Source: Amoebidium appalachense | Taxonomy: Eukaryota; Protista; Ichthyosporea | Length of the DNA: 64,000 nucleotides | Assembly (NCBI GenBank): GCA_963693365.1 | Contig: CAVNZM010000013.1 | Coordinates: 4,182,722-4,246,721 of the forward strand | Direction: 5' to 3' | Shown: piece after piece, positions 25,402 through 63,981 of the stretch | Position numbering within the stretch: the stretch's first letter is position 1 | How the letters are laid out: the number at the start of each line of letters is the position of its first letter | Position numbers and translations under genes: made by a program | Notes under the pieces: generated by a model | The model's input: only the letters and a program-made list of their open reading frames with translations | Databases searched by the model: none | What the model was told of the DNA's origin: nothing

Positions 25402-26502
25402 CAAATTGCGCGCGTGTGTGTGTCTGTCTGCCTGTGTGTCGCGCGCGTGTGATTTTGCGTGCCCGCGGGGGGTTGGGGAGTGTGTGCAAGTTTGTTTGTT
25501 TTTTGTTTTTTTTGTTTTTTTTTTGCCCTTTTTCGCGGCTTTTTTTCGCGGCGGAACGGGGACGGTAGGGGGGGGGGGGGGGGGGGGGGGCTTTTCTGGT
25601 GCACACGTGCAGTCTAATTTTTTGCAGTGTGCCCTTGCAGCCGTTTGCAAGGTCTTGCATCCTTGCTGCCCCTGCAGCTGTTCCTTCTGAGAAACATGAT
25701 CCACGTCACCCCCCCCCCCCCTCCCCTCCCCCCCCCTTTTTTTTTTTCTCCTCTCCTTCATCTCCCCTAGAGCTCCCTCCTCACCTCCCCGGGCCCCCAA
25801 GTCGATTCCATCTTTCCCCACGTTGTCCCCCTCCCCCCTCCTCCCTCCCTCTCTCTCTCTCCCCCCCCCCCCCCAACCCCCCCCTCCCCCCACCCCCCCT
25901 TCTCCCCTCTCTCCATCCAACCTTCTTTATCGATATTCTCTCCTTCCAATTCCGGGACCTGCTGATCTCATTCGACCCCCCCCCCGCCCCCCCCTCCCCT
26001 TCCCAAATCCTCCCCTCAACACACACAAGCATATGTACCCACACAGTTCTGGACCACCGACCCCCTCGGCAACCGCTACCTCCACCTTTCCATCAACCCC
26101 ACCTTCAGCCCCCTCTCTGCCCCAGCTCAAACCTGGACCGAACCAATCAAAATCAGCGTGGCACTTTTCAGTTTCGACAACAAAAGTCCCCCCTCCTCTC
26201 CCGTGCGCTCCGCGCAAAAACCCCCGCCGAGGAATATCCTATAGACACCCCTACGTGGCCGATGTTCGTGCACCAATCCTACCTCTCCGCCGCGGGCTCT
26301 ACCCCCCGCTCCTTATGTGCGCCAGAACCAAGTGTTGGTGTTTGTGTCTGTTCGCAAGGCGGGTGGATGCGACACACACGCGCTCAACCAGAGGTTCATG
26401 GGAGAGGAGGCGATAATGCGGCAGGCGGAGGTTGGTGTGTTGATGCAGCGCATGCAAGGGAGGGAGGTGGTATTTGCGCCCTTCGAGAATGAACACCGTT
26501 GA
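23500..26502 (+). pseudogene. TRAF-family protein (RING remnant, TRAF zinc fingers, coiled coil, MATH), with frameshifts
   Basis: HRFCY...KVCP remnant; zinc fingers HLQEECGKEPTPC...GCEWKG..HMETCEVQDVRCDGC and CHLC..HHEENDCPLVIISCPYPGCEAKILRGDLATH..HL; coiled coil; MATH-like TKIYSVPSGHSFYVELKI and WPMFVHQSYL...YVRQNQVLVFVSV. Several frame breaks, which could be pseudogenisation or homopolymer errors. Confidence 0.75.
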
Positions 26503-26768
26503 TCAATCAAAATAGTCCTTAATGACATGGACGAACATAAAGCTTTCATAATACCACATTGTGTATGCATTGTCGGGGTAGGTCAACCTGGGAACACGTT
26601 GCTCTGCCGAGTCACTCTATGTAATCATAATGGTTGCGTGGTTTGTTGGTGTTTCGTAGGTGGTGGGGGTCTGGAATTCGTTCAAAGGGAAGGAGGAAGT
26701 AATAGCCCACGGTGGTGGTTGTGTGCTTGTATGGATGGGCCGGGTGAGTGGGTGGGTGGGTTTTTGAA

Positions 26769-26808
<40 letters not shown>

Positions 26809-27473
26809 TTTTGTGAAAGGGACACTTTAAATCTATAAGTACAATTGGTGGGTGCTAACGTCAGAATATGTCCGACTCAATATATACTGTTGTTATATTC
26901 GGATTAATGTATGTTTGTGTGAGGGAAAACGATTATACTGCCTATCCAGGTGGCTACTATAGTTATCATTGTGGTTCGGCCAGCTAGGTGTCACACTTCT
27001 GTAGGTGGCTAAACGCCATGATGTAAACTTGGTCTTAGACACTGGCAAACAATTTAGGCCCGCTGGAAAGACAGGCTGGATTCTTCCAGAAGCGAAGGAC
27101 ATTATGGTAACACTAGACAACGTATGCAGCAATCACTCTACGGCTCCTTTGTACTAGGTTTTATGTTCCGTTTCTTGGGGTGTGCAGGGGGACTTCCGTG
27201 TATACAAGTTGTTGCTTGTGCATGTGCTTGTGTGTGTGGGCACGTGGGCCAAAGAGGGGGGGAAGATGGGCTGGGGGGGGGGGGGGGGGGGGCGTAAAGC
27301 AAAGGGGGACACGGGGAGCGGGACGGGGAACCAAAGGCATGCACGGGCTTGATGTGTTTAAAGGATTTTTTTGAGGGGCAACGGGGGGAGGGGGGGGGGG
27401 GAACTGTTACAGTCACATCTTATCATGCCCTTTGGCTTGGTGGTGGTGGTGGTGGTGGTGGTGGTGTGTGTGT

Positions 27474-27513
<40 letters not shown>

Positions 27514-27736
27514 GGGGGAGAGGAGGAGGAGCGGGAAAAAGATCCTTATTTGCAGACGCACAGAGCTTTGGGTGTAAATGTGGCAACTACTTTTATTCAC
27601 TCACTTTTCCTCAAGCTGGTCATTGAATTTACTGCCCGTGCAACGCTTGAGGGCCCAAACACATACTCCCCCCCTCCTCCCCGCCCCCAATAACCCTCTT
27701 CAACTCTTCCCCCCTTTCACTCTCAACCGCGCCCCC

Positions 27737-27778
<42 letters not shown>

Positions 27779-27885
27779 TCCCCCTTGCCCCCCGTCCCCC
27801 CCCCCCCCTCCCCCACCTCCTTCCCTCCCTCGTCTTCCCGTTACATACCAACAGTGTCCCATATTTCGACTTCACCCATAACCAA

Positions 27886-28794
27886 TCATATTCTCTTGGT
27901 CTTCCTATCACGCGGCGCTAATCTTGTCAATTCAACACTTATCTCTGCAATATTTCTGGTGCTCAGCTCAATGTTCTCCTCGGCCAGATTCATGTTCTCC
28001 GTCATTACCTCAACCGTCCGTTTCTGGAGCTCTCTCTTCTCCGCCCTTAGCTCCTCCGCCTCACGCAGGGCCTCTTCCATTGCAATCCTCTTCCTTTCCT
28101 TTTCCTCCCACATGCCACGTGCGTAACGGTATTGTGTTCCGGCCTGTGCTGCCCATGCACCGCATTGCTCCTTCAGCTCGGCTATTTCCGCTTGTAGCTT
28201 TCGCTTTTCTTTACGCTCTTTCTCTAGCATTTCTCTCAGCTGCTCGACTGTTTGTGCCTGTGGTGAGGCGGGGACATCATTACCAGTAGCACGCTTGTGT
28301 TTCTTCGCTTTTTCGCTTCGGGGGGGTGGGGTGCCGTCATCGCTAGTACCGTGCTTGGGTTTCTTCGCTTCTGAACTTGGGGGAAGGGGGGAGGAATCAT
28401 CGACAACGGTTTGCTTGCGTTTTTCCACTCTTTCAAACCGCTCTTCCACGCTTTTGCGCCTCTTCTGCGCACTTTCCGGATCATATCCGGGTATTGACTT
28501 TCCGGCTAGCGGCTTGACGATACCAAGCCTCACGTCCTCGCTCCATGTTCTTGGCAACGACCCCTTAATTACTTTCCCTTCTCCGTTGTTTTGGCGGTTT
28601 TCTGGCTCATAGTGCTTATTGCACAATACAAGGTTTTTGCTGTTTATGTGCTTCTCTATCCAATCATCATCTCGACCTACCCTTTTGAGTATTTCTCTTC
28701 TGAGAGCATGTTCCTTAGGTATATAGGTCACCGAGATCTTTCGCATGTTCCCCTGCTTTTCGGGACACAGGGCGTGGACACATTCATTCACCAT
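27886..28794 (-). CDS. THAP (C2CH) zinc-finger protein with basic linker and coiled coil, likely transposon-derived
   Basis: 302-aa ATG-started ORF: MVNECVHALC...IPKEHALRREIL...LVLCNKHY...GSLP (THAP C-x4-C..P..C-x2-H..AVP-like box), followed by NLS-like KKPK/KKHK and heptad repeats. Confidence 0.75.
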   Translation of the reverse strand: MVNECVHALCPEKQGNMRKISVTYIPKEHALRREILKRVGRDDDWIEKHINSKNLVLCNKHYEPENRQNNGEGKVIKGSLPRTWSEDVRLGIVKPLAGKSIPGYDPESAQKRRKSVEERFERVEKRKQTVVDDSSPLPPSSEAKKPKHGTSDDGTPPPRSEKAKKHKRATGNDVPASPQAQTVEQLREMLEKERKEKRKLQAEIAELKEQCGAWAAQAGTQYRYARGMWEEKERKRIAMEEALREAEELRAEKRELQKRTVEVMTENMNLAEENIELSTRNIAEISVELTRLAPRDRKTKRI

Positions 28795-29310
28795 GTTTGA
28801 TGTAGCAAACGTGAAAGAATCGGGAAGAAGATGAGGAGGGGAGGGGGTGGGGAGGGGAAAGAGAGAGGGGGTGGATGTGAATGAAGAAAGAGAAAACAGT
28901 TGCTCTAAAACGTACGAACCATCACGGCAAGCTAAGTAAATGAGTAAAAAAAAACCGTTCCAAGCCGCCGGCGATCACGTACCCACGCTGTAGACTAAAA
29001 CTCTCGATTGCGTTCGTTATTACAAGCTTGGTCTTCTACAACAGACTACGTTTAGCCCAACACTTGCGCAACATTAACCCCGGGCTCATTTTCTCACATT
29101 TTTGGTGAGTAAATGGGGGGTGCGCATTCCTGGGCTGAGGAGGGCAAACTAGGGCAAATTAACGAAATACTAACCAAAAAAAAATGTGAGTAAATTTTCC
29201 AGCCGGCACCCCTCGTCTCCACTCTTCCTTCCCCACCTACCCCGCTTTTCAAGTGTGGCAGTTCAAACCATGCATGGTTCGAGCTCATATCCGTACAAAC
29301 GTGTTACTCA

Positions 29311-29456
29311 TACAACGTATAACGTATACAAACGTATAACTATTGTTATATAGTATGGCGTAGCCTTTTGTTTTCCTTCCCTCATACAACATACAACGTA
29401 TACAAACGTATTACTATTGTTATATAGTATGGCGTAGCCTTTTGTTTTCCTTCCCT
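29311..29456. repeat. Tandem duplication of a ~70-bp unit
   Basis: ACGTATACAAACGTAT.ACTATTGTTATATAGTATGGCGTAGCCTTTTGTTTTCCTTCCCT occurs twice. Confidence 0.9.
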
Positions 29457-30151
29457 TACAGCCTATGGACACTTGGATGCGCGAAATGGGTCTGCATTGT
29501 TGGTAAGCATGGGCATTTAGGCATGCTTAGAAGGCTTGGTATGAATCGATCCTTTGTCTGATTCGGGCAAGTGATGGCTGGGACGATAGTGGCAGCAGCT
29601 TCGCTTGGTGGTTTGAATGTGGATAGCACTAGTGTATGTCTGACGTGTTGGAGGCTAATGTTTTATACTGGGTACCACCCAGATAAACACAAGGCATAAA
29701 CATCTTGTGGACTGATTTATAGACTGGTAGTCAACCAGTTAAGACACGGGGAAGGTTCATCCCGTGGACTAGGTTTAGACTGGCAGTCAACCAGCTCGCC
29801 ATGGCTATAGATATTTATTTATACTGGGACGCCATCCCAGTTCGACATATACATAAGTCGAATGTAGAAGAAAACCAATATATATGGTGGGATATTAATA
29901 TAAATAAACGACGGCCCGGTGGTGGGGGAAAAAAATCCCCACTGAAGATGCACACATGTGACGCATATCCAAAAACACAACTAGGCCGAGACACATGCAG
30001 CCCCGACAGACAACTTTGTAGCATTATGTGCGGTGGGGTGGTGCAGATAGAACCAGAGTCTAGAAGTCACCAGAAAGATGTGTGTCGACACAGAACAGCA
30101 ACTGACGACGGAAAACCGCACAGCTATGCTGGTGGGTACGGCGTCGGGGGT

Positions 30152-30186
<35 letters not shown>

Positions 30187-30244
30187 CTTGGGAATCGAAA
30201 AAACAATCATGACGAAGAATAGGAAGAATAGGGGCCGGAGAGGT

Positions 30245-30283
<39 letters not shown>

Positions 30284-30406
30284 GTGAAGGTGCGAATGGT
30301 CTCCAGTGTGCCAAATACGTAAGTGTGTGTGCTCGCACCTTTCGTTCTGACTGTGCGTGTGCCCGAGCATGTGAGCTTGGGCCCGAACCAGGAAAAGTGG
30401 GGAGGG

Positions 30407-30438
<32 letters not shown>

Positions 30439-30923
30439 AAGGGGGGATTGCACATTCGGCGGTGGAGGGGAAGCAAAAAAAACACAAATTTGGAAAGGTT
30501 TCGATTACTGATGTAGCATGAACCATCATATCGCTTACCATCCGTGTCGCTCACATAAATTTTTTACGCCCGTGATTGGATTTCACAAACGTGGTGAACA
30601 GAAGTAAGCGTTCCACGGTTGGATGGACGCTTGCGGAAAACTCGACTACCCATGTTTTAGATTAATCTGGGGGTTTACGCTGTTTACTCGAGGCAAAGAG
30701 AACCAGTCTCAGGTATGGGGGGGGGTTTTGCTCGGAATATCCCCTCAGCGGTATATCATGATCACGTACATAGATGTCGGGTGGTGACTATATATCAGGG
30801 TTTACTTTCTCTACGAGACACCATAAAGACTACAAGGAGAAATCAATTAGTTGGGGTTCCCCGTTTTTTTTTGTTTTTTTTTTTTGTTTTTTTTTTTAAA
30901 TCGGGACACTCGGTATCAGCTGG

Positions 30924-31006
<83 letters not shown>

Positions 31007-32319
31007 TGCGCTATAATTTTGTAGTGATGTGTTTCTCAAGCCAATCAATACATCTAATAAACAGGTCGTAGTTACGCGTGTTTAGTATAAAATCAAGGAT
31101 GTTGTAATTTACAGGTAGGCTATCTTTCTGGGTGTCTGTTGTGAATGTGACGTGTGTGTGTTGCGGTATTATGTGGTCTATCAAACTACATTTGGCGATA
31201 CATGACCGGTTAAACTGGTGTGTGTGTGTGTTGTTTGGGCATGCAAATGATGCCACCTTATACTTATTAGATCTCCACTGTATAGCACGCGTGTACAGTA
31301 AAAGCGTGGTAATTGATCAATAATACCATCAGCTAGAGAAAGACCAGTTCTACAGGAAGGTAATATGTATTTAGGTGTTATACACTTGCGAGTGCCATAT
31401 TTGGCAATATGGTTGAGGCGGTCAGTATATATAAAACGAGACATAAGGCTTAGTTTTTCAAGGTGTATGCTTTCATCGGGTCTAGTGTCGTGTGGTATCT
31501 TTTTCCATTTGTTATATTGCGTGATTATCTTGTGATTGTGTACATGTTTAATAAGTAAGTGGCAGTCCAAAGTCACACACACACTATTGCGGGGTTTATT
31601 TGTATTTGTGCCCAGCCTGAGGGGAGAAGGGGAGAGAGAGGGGAGGAAAGAGGGGAGAGGTGAGGAGGGGACAGGTCGGATAGATTAATCTTCAAGATTA
31701 ATCAATCTTGTATCCCGGGAATTCTGGAAAATCGGTCAATTAGAGTGATTAATCTTCAACATTAATCTCAACTCCCCCTCAAAAAACGGAGTTTTTCCCC
31801 GTAAAAATGGTCCGACGGGGCTGAAACTTTCCATGAGCGAAGCAAACATATATAGGTTTGAAAGCCCAGCGGCTGGGTGTGTGTTGCATATGGACTTTTC
31901 GGCACAGCGAGAGCGTGACGATAGGTGAATATGGATATCGAGGATCATTAATCAAGGAGCCACAGTGACTGCTGCAAGCTTGAATGATTGATTTTGAGTG
32001 TGCTGTATTGCATTATGATGTGGGGGGGAAAACGCTGCGTTTCAACAAAGAAATAGGAGAGCAATGCTTTTACACCCCCCGAGTGCAGTATACCATTGGT
32101 TGCTGTTCGAACAAGACCCATTTATGGTGTGACGTATAGCCTTTTTTAGCTGTTGTAAACAAACAACACAGGCCGTGGCTACTTTTGAGGACCCTGCTTG
32201 TAGATTATCATCTCACACCCAACTTGAACCCGTAGCGTTGCTGTGGATACACCCTGTCGTTTTCACTTTCTTTTTGTTTTCTTGTTTTCTTTTTTTTTGT
32301 TTTTGGTGATGGGCGCAAA

Positions 32320-33153
32320 GAATGGAAGGGGACTTTGAAATAATATTTGATGATAGTGGTGGGTTTGAAGCCGGGGCAGTAGACTCAGACATCTTTAACG
32401 ATTTCTTTCGTCGACGAAAGAAATCGTGATACAGAAGATTCTGTTGACAACGGTGATACCACACTCACAGGAAAATGGCGTATTTATGACGCCAAGCAAG
32501 TAGAGTTAACACTCAAAGCAGACGATGTTGAAAACAGGCTTTTAGATACGTTCAGGAAGGAGACCTCGGAGATCCAGAAACGTTTGCTAACCCACTTTTC
32601 TGGAGAGCCAACCATTAGTAACGTCCTCGACCTCTTCTTTTCACCACTCATTCTCCAGACACTGCTTGAGACTATCAATATTGGACTCCGTGCACGCAAG
32701 AAGAGGACTGCCACCGTGACACTACACGATTTACACGGTTTCCTGAAAGTGATATGCTATTTGTCATTCTACGGTGTGTCCCCCTCCGTGTTCTATGATG
32801 TTAAACTGAGCCACGCATTCCCAACCGCAAACACCTGCCTGCCCCAAGACCGGTTCATGGACATCCTGGGCGCACTCTCCCACAGTAACAGCGCCCCTCA
32901 CGATGGTGCAACTGACCGTACTTGGAATTTGCCATCCGTCAAACTAATCCCCGTCTTTTGCAATTCGAGCAACTGGCATCACAGCGCATGGCCGAAATGT
33001 GCTTTGTGCCTAATATTTCCGTGCTCATTGAAGATGACGACCATCTGCGGCTAAGGTCCAAGGTAGTTGAAGAAACGGATTTTATCCTTGTCAACAACCC
33101 TATCAAAGCATACGGGCCCGTAAACCATCTTCTCGGCTCTCTGTTGACCGGGT
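32320..33153 (+). pseudogene. piggyBac-like (DDE_Tnp_1_7) transposase fragment
   Basis: Acidic N-terminus; LDLFFSPLILQTLLETIN, LHGFLKVI, LPQDRFMDILGALSH, then after a frameshift LIEDDDHLRLRSK...NPIKAYGPVNH..SLLTG. Truncated at a (CG)n(GT)n tract. Confidence 0.7.
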
Positions 33154-33162
33154 GGCGCGCGC

Positions 33163-33219
<57 letters not shown>

Positions 33220-33337
33220 CACGGGAGACTGGACAGAAGTACCAAATTTGGGTACTTCAGATGGACTTGATGGAGGATAGTCAAGTCGGATCGAGACAGG
33301 GTGTCAAATGGGATGGATGTTTTGTTTTTTTTTGTTT

Positions 33338-33379
<42 letters not shown>

Positions 33380-33411
33380 GGGGGGAGCGGGATGGTTTTT
33401 TTTTTTTTTTT

Positions 33412-33442
<31 letters not shown>

Positions 33443-33575
33443 GGTGACCTTTTAAGCCGTTTTCGTACTCGCTTGAGCACGTACTGCATTTGTAGCGAAC
33501 CAAGATAGTTTAGGACAAGGATTGACAAAGGAGAGTAGAGGTGAGTGGGTGGGTGGGATGGAAGGGGGGGGAAAG

Positions 33576-33614
<39 letters not shown>

Positions 33615-34950
33615 CTGCCTGCCGTTGTATTCAGTACCCTGCATACATCTCAGTGTATGCCATGCACAAACAATACGATCACTGTGCTTTGATGGTTTTG
33701 AAATTAAGTTAGTGGCACGTTTCTGTGGTCACAGACCTGTATTTGGTTTCATTATAAATATATATACATAAATATATGTAGCACATTAGTTATTAGTATT
33801 AATAATCCCTTTTTGGAAGATCATAAATAATTGAAAATGTAACATAGTACTACTATAATTGTTTCCAGAAATGTCACCGAAAATTGTGTGTGGCTCTTGG
33901 AGAGGAAGAAAAAGATGGTTTAAATCATGCACCATGTCTCAGTGTGTATGGAAAACGTCTATGACTGATTCCCCCCCCCCCCCCCCCCTCCCCCTTCCTA
34001 CATAGCCCGGCCCGAATTCCTGCCCCTCCCCTTTCCTTCCCCCCCCCCCCCCCCCCCCCTCCCCCCTCCCCCCCCCCCCCCCCTCCTTGAACACACACAC
34101 ACGCACACGCACTGTGGCACCTGCCCACCTAACCGTGGTCACCCTAACACACACATGTGCACATATATACACACAAACACGTACACGCACAAAGACATGA
34201 CACACACACATGGCATGGCACACACACTGAAACGGCCAGGTACATGCATGCACGAGTGCACATATCACACTCACCCCGGGGCCCCGGCTCCCTGTTAAAT
34301 AATAAGGAAATTCTATATTCATAGCAATATTGTACAGATACACAGACATTATCCCCCCCCCCCCCCCCCCCCCCCCCTCCGCCCCAACACACACATATGC
34401 ACATGCACCGGCTGCCCACCCAACCACCCTGACACACGCACGTGCACACCGTGGCACACGGACTCGTACATGCATGTATATAGAGATACACACACACACT
34501 GCATGCCGTTGCACACACTGCACTGTGAAACACAGTGCGCAACACGTACCACACGTGCACACACTGCAAACAAGCACTGTGGCATCATACATGCTGAAAA
34601 ACACACATGCACCCACACACTGCACACACACGCGGTACACACTCACACGCAAACCGTGGACACCGTCACAGAAAACATGCACCGGCACACACTCTCTGCA
34701 ATGTACACACGTACAAGCGTGTACATTGCATACAAACACACCCACACAAGCACACACACACGTCATCACAGCTGAACACACTAACATCAGCATGTGCGTA
34801 CAATAGCACATGCATTTTAAGTTGACCTGTACAGTACCACGGCACCGTGTTACGTGGCATCCATGCACTGCATGCAGCGTACACGTGGCACCACACACAC
34901 CCGTATGTGTGCTTGTCTATATAGGCATATGCACAGGCCTAGGCACACAT

Positions 34951-34994
<44 letters not shown>

Positions 34995-35190
34995 ACGCAA
35001 ACACCAGCACACAGACACACACACAGCACACACACATACACATACACATACACACACACATACAGAGAAAGTGAGAGAGTACCTCACACATGACACCGGG
35101 AGCCCGCTGTGCGCGCACAATTAACACGGTAGCTTCGTGAGCCGCGGCCGGCTGCCGATCATATGCATGTGCCGCGGGATCCAGCCGCTG

Positions 35191-35414
35191 TGATTAATCT
35201 TCTTCTCGGATTGATTAATCTTCTTTTACTCTCGCACCTCTTCTCGAAGGTGTATAATAAACATGGATATTATAGACATAAACACCCAAAAAAAATTACA
35301 TAGGCGGTTTCTTGACTATCAAAACCAACTTTTTGCCTACTTAACATGTATTTTTGGGCTGCTGGGTAAGTCGGTGGAAGCGCCGCAAATGTGATTAACG
35401 TTGAAGATTAATCA
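35191..35414. mobile_element. Small TIR element bounded by TGATTAATCTTC...GAAGATTAATCA
   Basis: 12-bp inverted termini; the same motif is repeated at 31683-31767 and 35212. Confidence 0.5.
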
Positions 35415-36479
35415 TTTGATTACAGTGGGGATAAGGGACCCTGCGTGAACACTGCGCGCGACATCGCAGAGTACGTGGCAGGAGTCTCCGAAACTGAGCA
35501 CCGGTTAGTGGTGAGCAGGTGGCGGACAATGCCCTCGAGCAGCTCAAAGGGCAGATTTGATAGCCGGCAGCCTGCAGGGGGCTGGGGGGCAATTGGGTTC
35601 GCCTTATTGAGGCAAAGACATCAAACGACAAAAACCAATGCTGAAGGCAGTGGAGAGGGGTAGGGTTTAGTGTGAAAGCATTCCACAAAATAAAGGTGCA
35701 ATAATGTGTAATGAAATCCTATTACTCCCTTGTCACCCCCCCCCCCCCGCGTCAGAGTAATAAGCCCTACCTCTTTAGCCACTCCCTCTCCTGCAACTTC
35801 CTTTATAATGAAACCTGAGCCTGCCAACCATCAAAGTTACCGTTTACTACAAATTTAGCTTATCAGGTCAGCCTGATATATCTTCCTTCAATAGGTCAAC
35901 CCAACATTAACTCCACCTCCACCTATTGTGTGGCCTGTAGACCCATCTATCCCCATAGAATCGATCCTCCCCTTTGATTTCATTTGGTTTTCCAGCCTGA
36001 AGCGCCCTAGGTCAGTAGCTCTTTGGAAGGTCAATGTGTAAAATTATAGTTCCATTGGCACATGTGCACACGCCTACCCATACACTCAACGTACTAAAAG
36101 AGAGGTAAACCGTCACACTTATGCACCCACTGGCACATTCTTACCCCGGCCACACCCACACACCGTATATATGCACCCACACACCGTATACGCACCCACC
36201 CACCCATACACATACACAGGACATAACAGATACTTGTAGGCAGCGGTTTGTTTGTGTTATAACAAGTTTGATGTGACACGTGTTAACATTGTCGTGTACG
36301 TATACGTGTCAAAGTTGAATTCCAGCAATAAACGACCATACCTGTCCTTGTGCTCATGTGCTGGTGATCAACCATTAAATCTACCGAGTGTACAGAAGTG
36401 GTAATATAGAGTTTGCCCGTGGAAACGTGGCACTTGGTGGACAAAAAGCACTAAGTGACGGTGAATGCGTATGCATTAG

Positions 36480-36884
36480 TCGATTCATGACTGGCGTCGA
36501 GGTTTTACGTTTGTTCGGGTCATAGAGCCATGTATGTCAATTTAACGGATATAAAAAGACTGGTGGTGGAGGAGTCGTGCGCTCTGTGGTAAGATCGTCC
36601 ATACAGTTTCAAATTTCGAATGATGGTTCCGGGTGCAAGTTGCAACACGTGGGAACGGTTCCTTCAGACCAACCCATTGCCGTGAAAGCAAACATGTTAT
36701 TGTAGTCCCGTGACTTCTTATTGAAAACAGGCCTAGAAAATGCGCACAGTTGTGTCAGCTTCATAGCTAAGGCAGCTTTTGCAACACCAATTTGTCGTTA
36801 CCACACAAATCCCTCTTTGAAATTTTGGTAACCTATATTCTCAGCGTTAGCAGCTGGAGGAGGATCGTTGGGCACTTGAGGAGG

Positions 36885-36919
<35 letters not shown>

Positions 36920-37005
36920 GTGGTTGCAGCAGTTGCAGCTGACTGCTTGAGGTATCTATTAAAACGAGGTTCCATTTGACCATGGCACACGTCCGGACAG
37001 ACAGC
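36480..37005 (-). pseudogene. Helitron RepHel N-terminal remnant
   Basis: LCGNDKLVLQKLP and FNKKSRDYNNMFAFTAMG match the Helitron CC.xG...LP and F...R.YN..FAFTSMG motifs; many stops and frameshifts. Confidence 0.7.
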
Positions 37006-37695
37006 AGAGTAAATAGCATAGTAAAAACAACGATGGATTGCAGGCATGCGTCTATAGATAGAAGGAGGAGGGGGGGAGAGGGGAAGGGGGATGGGGAGGG
37101 GAGGGGGGAAGGGGGAGGGGACCTGGCATCTGTCGACATCCCAGTGGTTTATAATGCTTTTGTTCCACAGGCAGGAATGAAAAAATAATAACAATAATTT
37201 AGAACGGTTTTAAAACGGCTTTATTAAAACAAAACGGTTCGACAACACGTTCACTCGTAGCAGTTCACGAGCTCAATCACCGATTCAAACCACATGTGGC
37301 CACGTGCACGCATCGTATATTGTCACTTTCGACCCTTGGACGGGCCACGACATAAATGAATCCAAAATTTCATTTCAAAATTCCTAAATGGGGCCTGAAC
37401 ATGGTTTATGTACAGTATGCTCCCAACTTTATACTACCCCCCCCCCCCCCCCCCCCCCCCCTCTTTCCCCCCGGAAAAAAAATTGATGTCACTCTAAAAT
37501 ATAACATAAACTAAAAAAACGTCGATCCACCTACTCCATGACACCACATACTATACACAATCAGCAACAATTTAAATTTGAGTGAGTCAACACTTACGAA
37601 CCTTATCGTGTGCTCCCTCACCGCCAGCCAACAATGTGATGACAATGGACCCCATGATTGGAATTTCGTCAAAAAATCCCCCTTTGAATCCCAAT

Positions 37696-37804
<109 letters not shown>

Positions 37805-38240
37805 AAAGAAAGAACGAAAGAAAAAGACGGCCCTGGCAATACATACATCAAAGAATGGATGCCTAGCAGCCGAGCCCCTTCACATCGATCTGTGCCCCGA
37901 TTCGACTTCTACCGTGCCCAATAAAAAGTGATGTAATCGAAGGAAAAAACCCCATTGGCAGGGCCGTAAGTACAACAACACACGTCCGATATGCGCAAGT
38001 ACAGCCAAACCCAAGAATATCACGACGGCCATCAGATATCCGGGCGGCAATAAAATAAAAAGCGAAAATAAAAATAAAATACAAACAAACAAAAACCCGG
38101 CGGCTGGAAAAAGCTTTTTCATCACAGGCAAACATACCGCAAAGCCCACCCCCCCCCCAAACACACACACAAGTTCTTTGGGGCAAAACACCAAATTAGG
38201 TAGTTGGCTAATTACCAAGTTAGGTCAGCTTATTACCAAA

Positions 38241-63149
<24,909 letters not shown>

Positions 63150-63294
63150 CTGAAGTGAAAAATGGTCAGAAGGGGGGAGGGGGGAGGGGGAGGGGTGAAG
63201 GGGGGAAGAGGGGGAGTTCGGGGTTTGGAGAGAGAGTGGGATATGTATGCATCGGGGATTTGGGGGAAGGGGGGGGGGGGGAAGGGAGGGGAGG

Positions 63295-63331
<37 letters not shown>

Positions 63332-63355
63332 GGAAGGGGGGGAAGGGAGGACCGT

Positions 63356-63400
<45 letters not shown>

Positions 63401-63945
63401 GGGAAGGGGATGCGGAGGGGAGGGGAGGGAGAGGGAGAACGAGTGTGTGTGACGGAGAGTGAAATAGAAAAGGGAGGAAGGGAAGGCCAGGAGAGTGTAG
63501 TAAAGGACACATGGAGAGAGAGATGGAGTGTGTGTACAAACATTCTAGTATGTGGCTTTTCACCGATACTCTCGAATCAACGGACAGCGTCAAAATACAA
63601 GAAAAAGGCGGACACAATGATGAAAAGAGTTTTTAGGTTTGTAGAGCTTCCGTCCAACTCCAAATGGGTGACCCACCCAACAGACGTTTGGTTATGATCT
63701 TTACATTTTCGTGCTTAGAGCACCCAGAAAAAAACTTGACAACACACACATAGATATACGCAGCCAACATCATATGAAAAAACTACTAGCAAGGGGGTCT
63801 CATAACCCACCTTTAACTCTCTCACCCTCCCCCCCCCCCCCCCCACACACACACACACACACACACTCCCCACCCTTCCCTTACCCCTTTTGCTACTCTT
63901 TCCTTTCACTTTTTCTCAGCCCACTTCCCTCTTCCTCCCCCAGCC

Positions 63946-63981
<36 letters not shown>

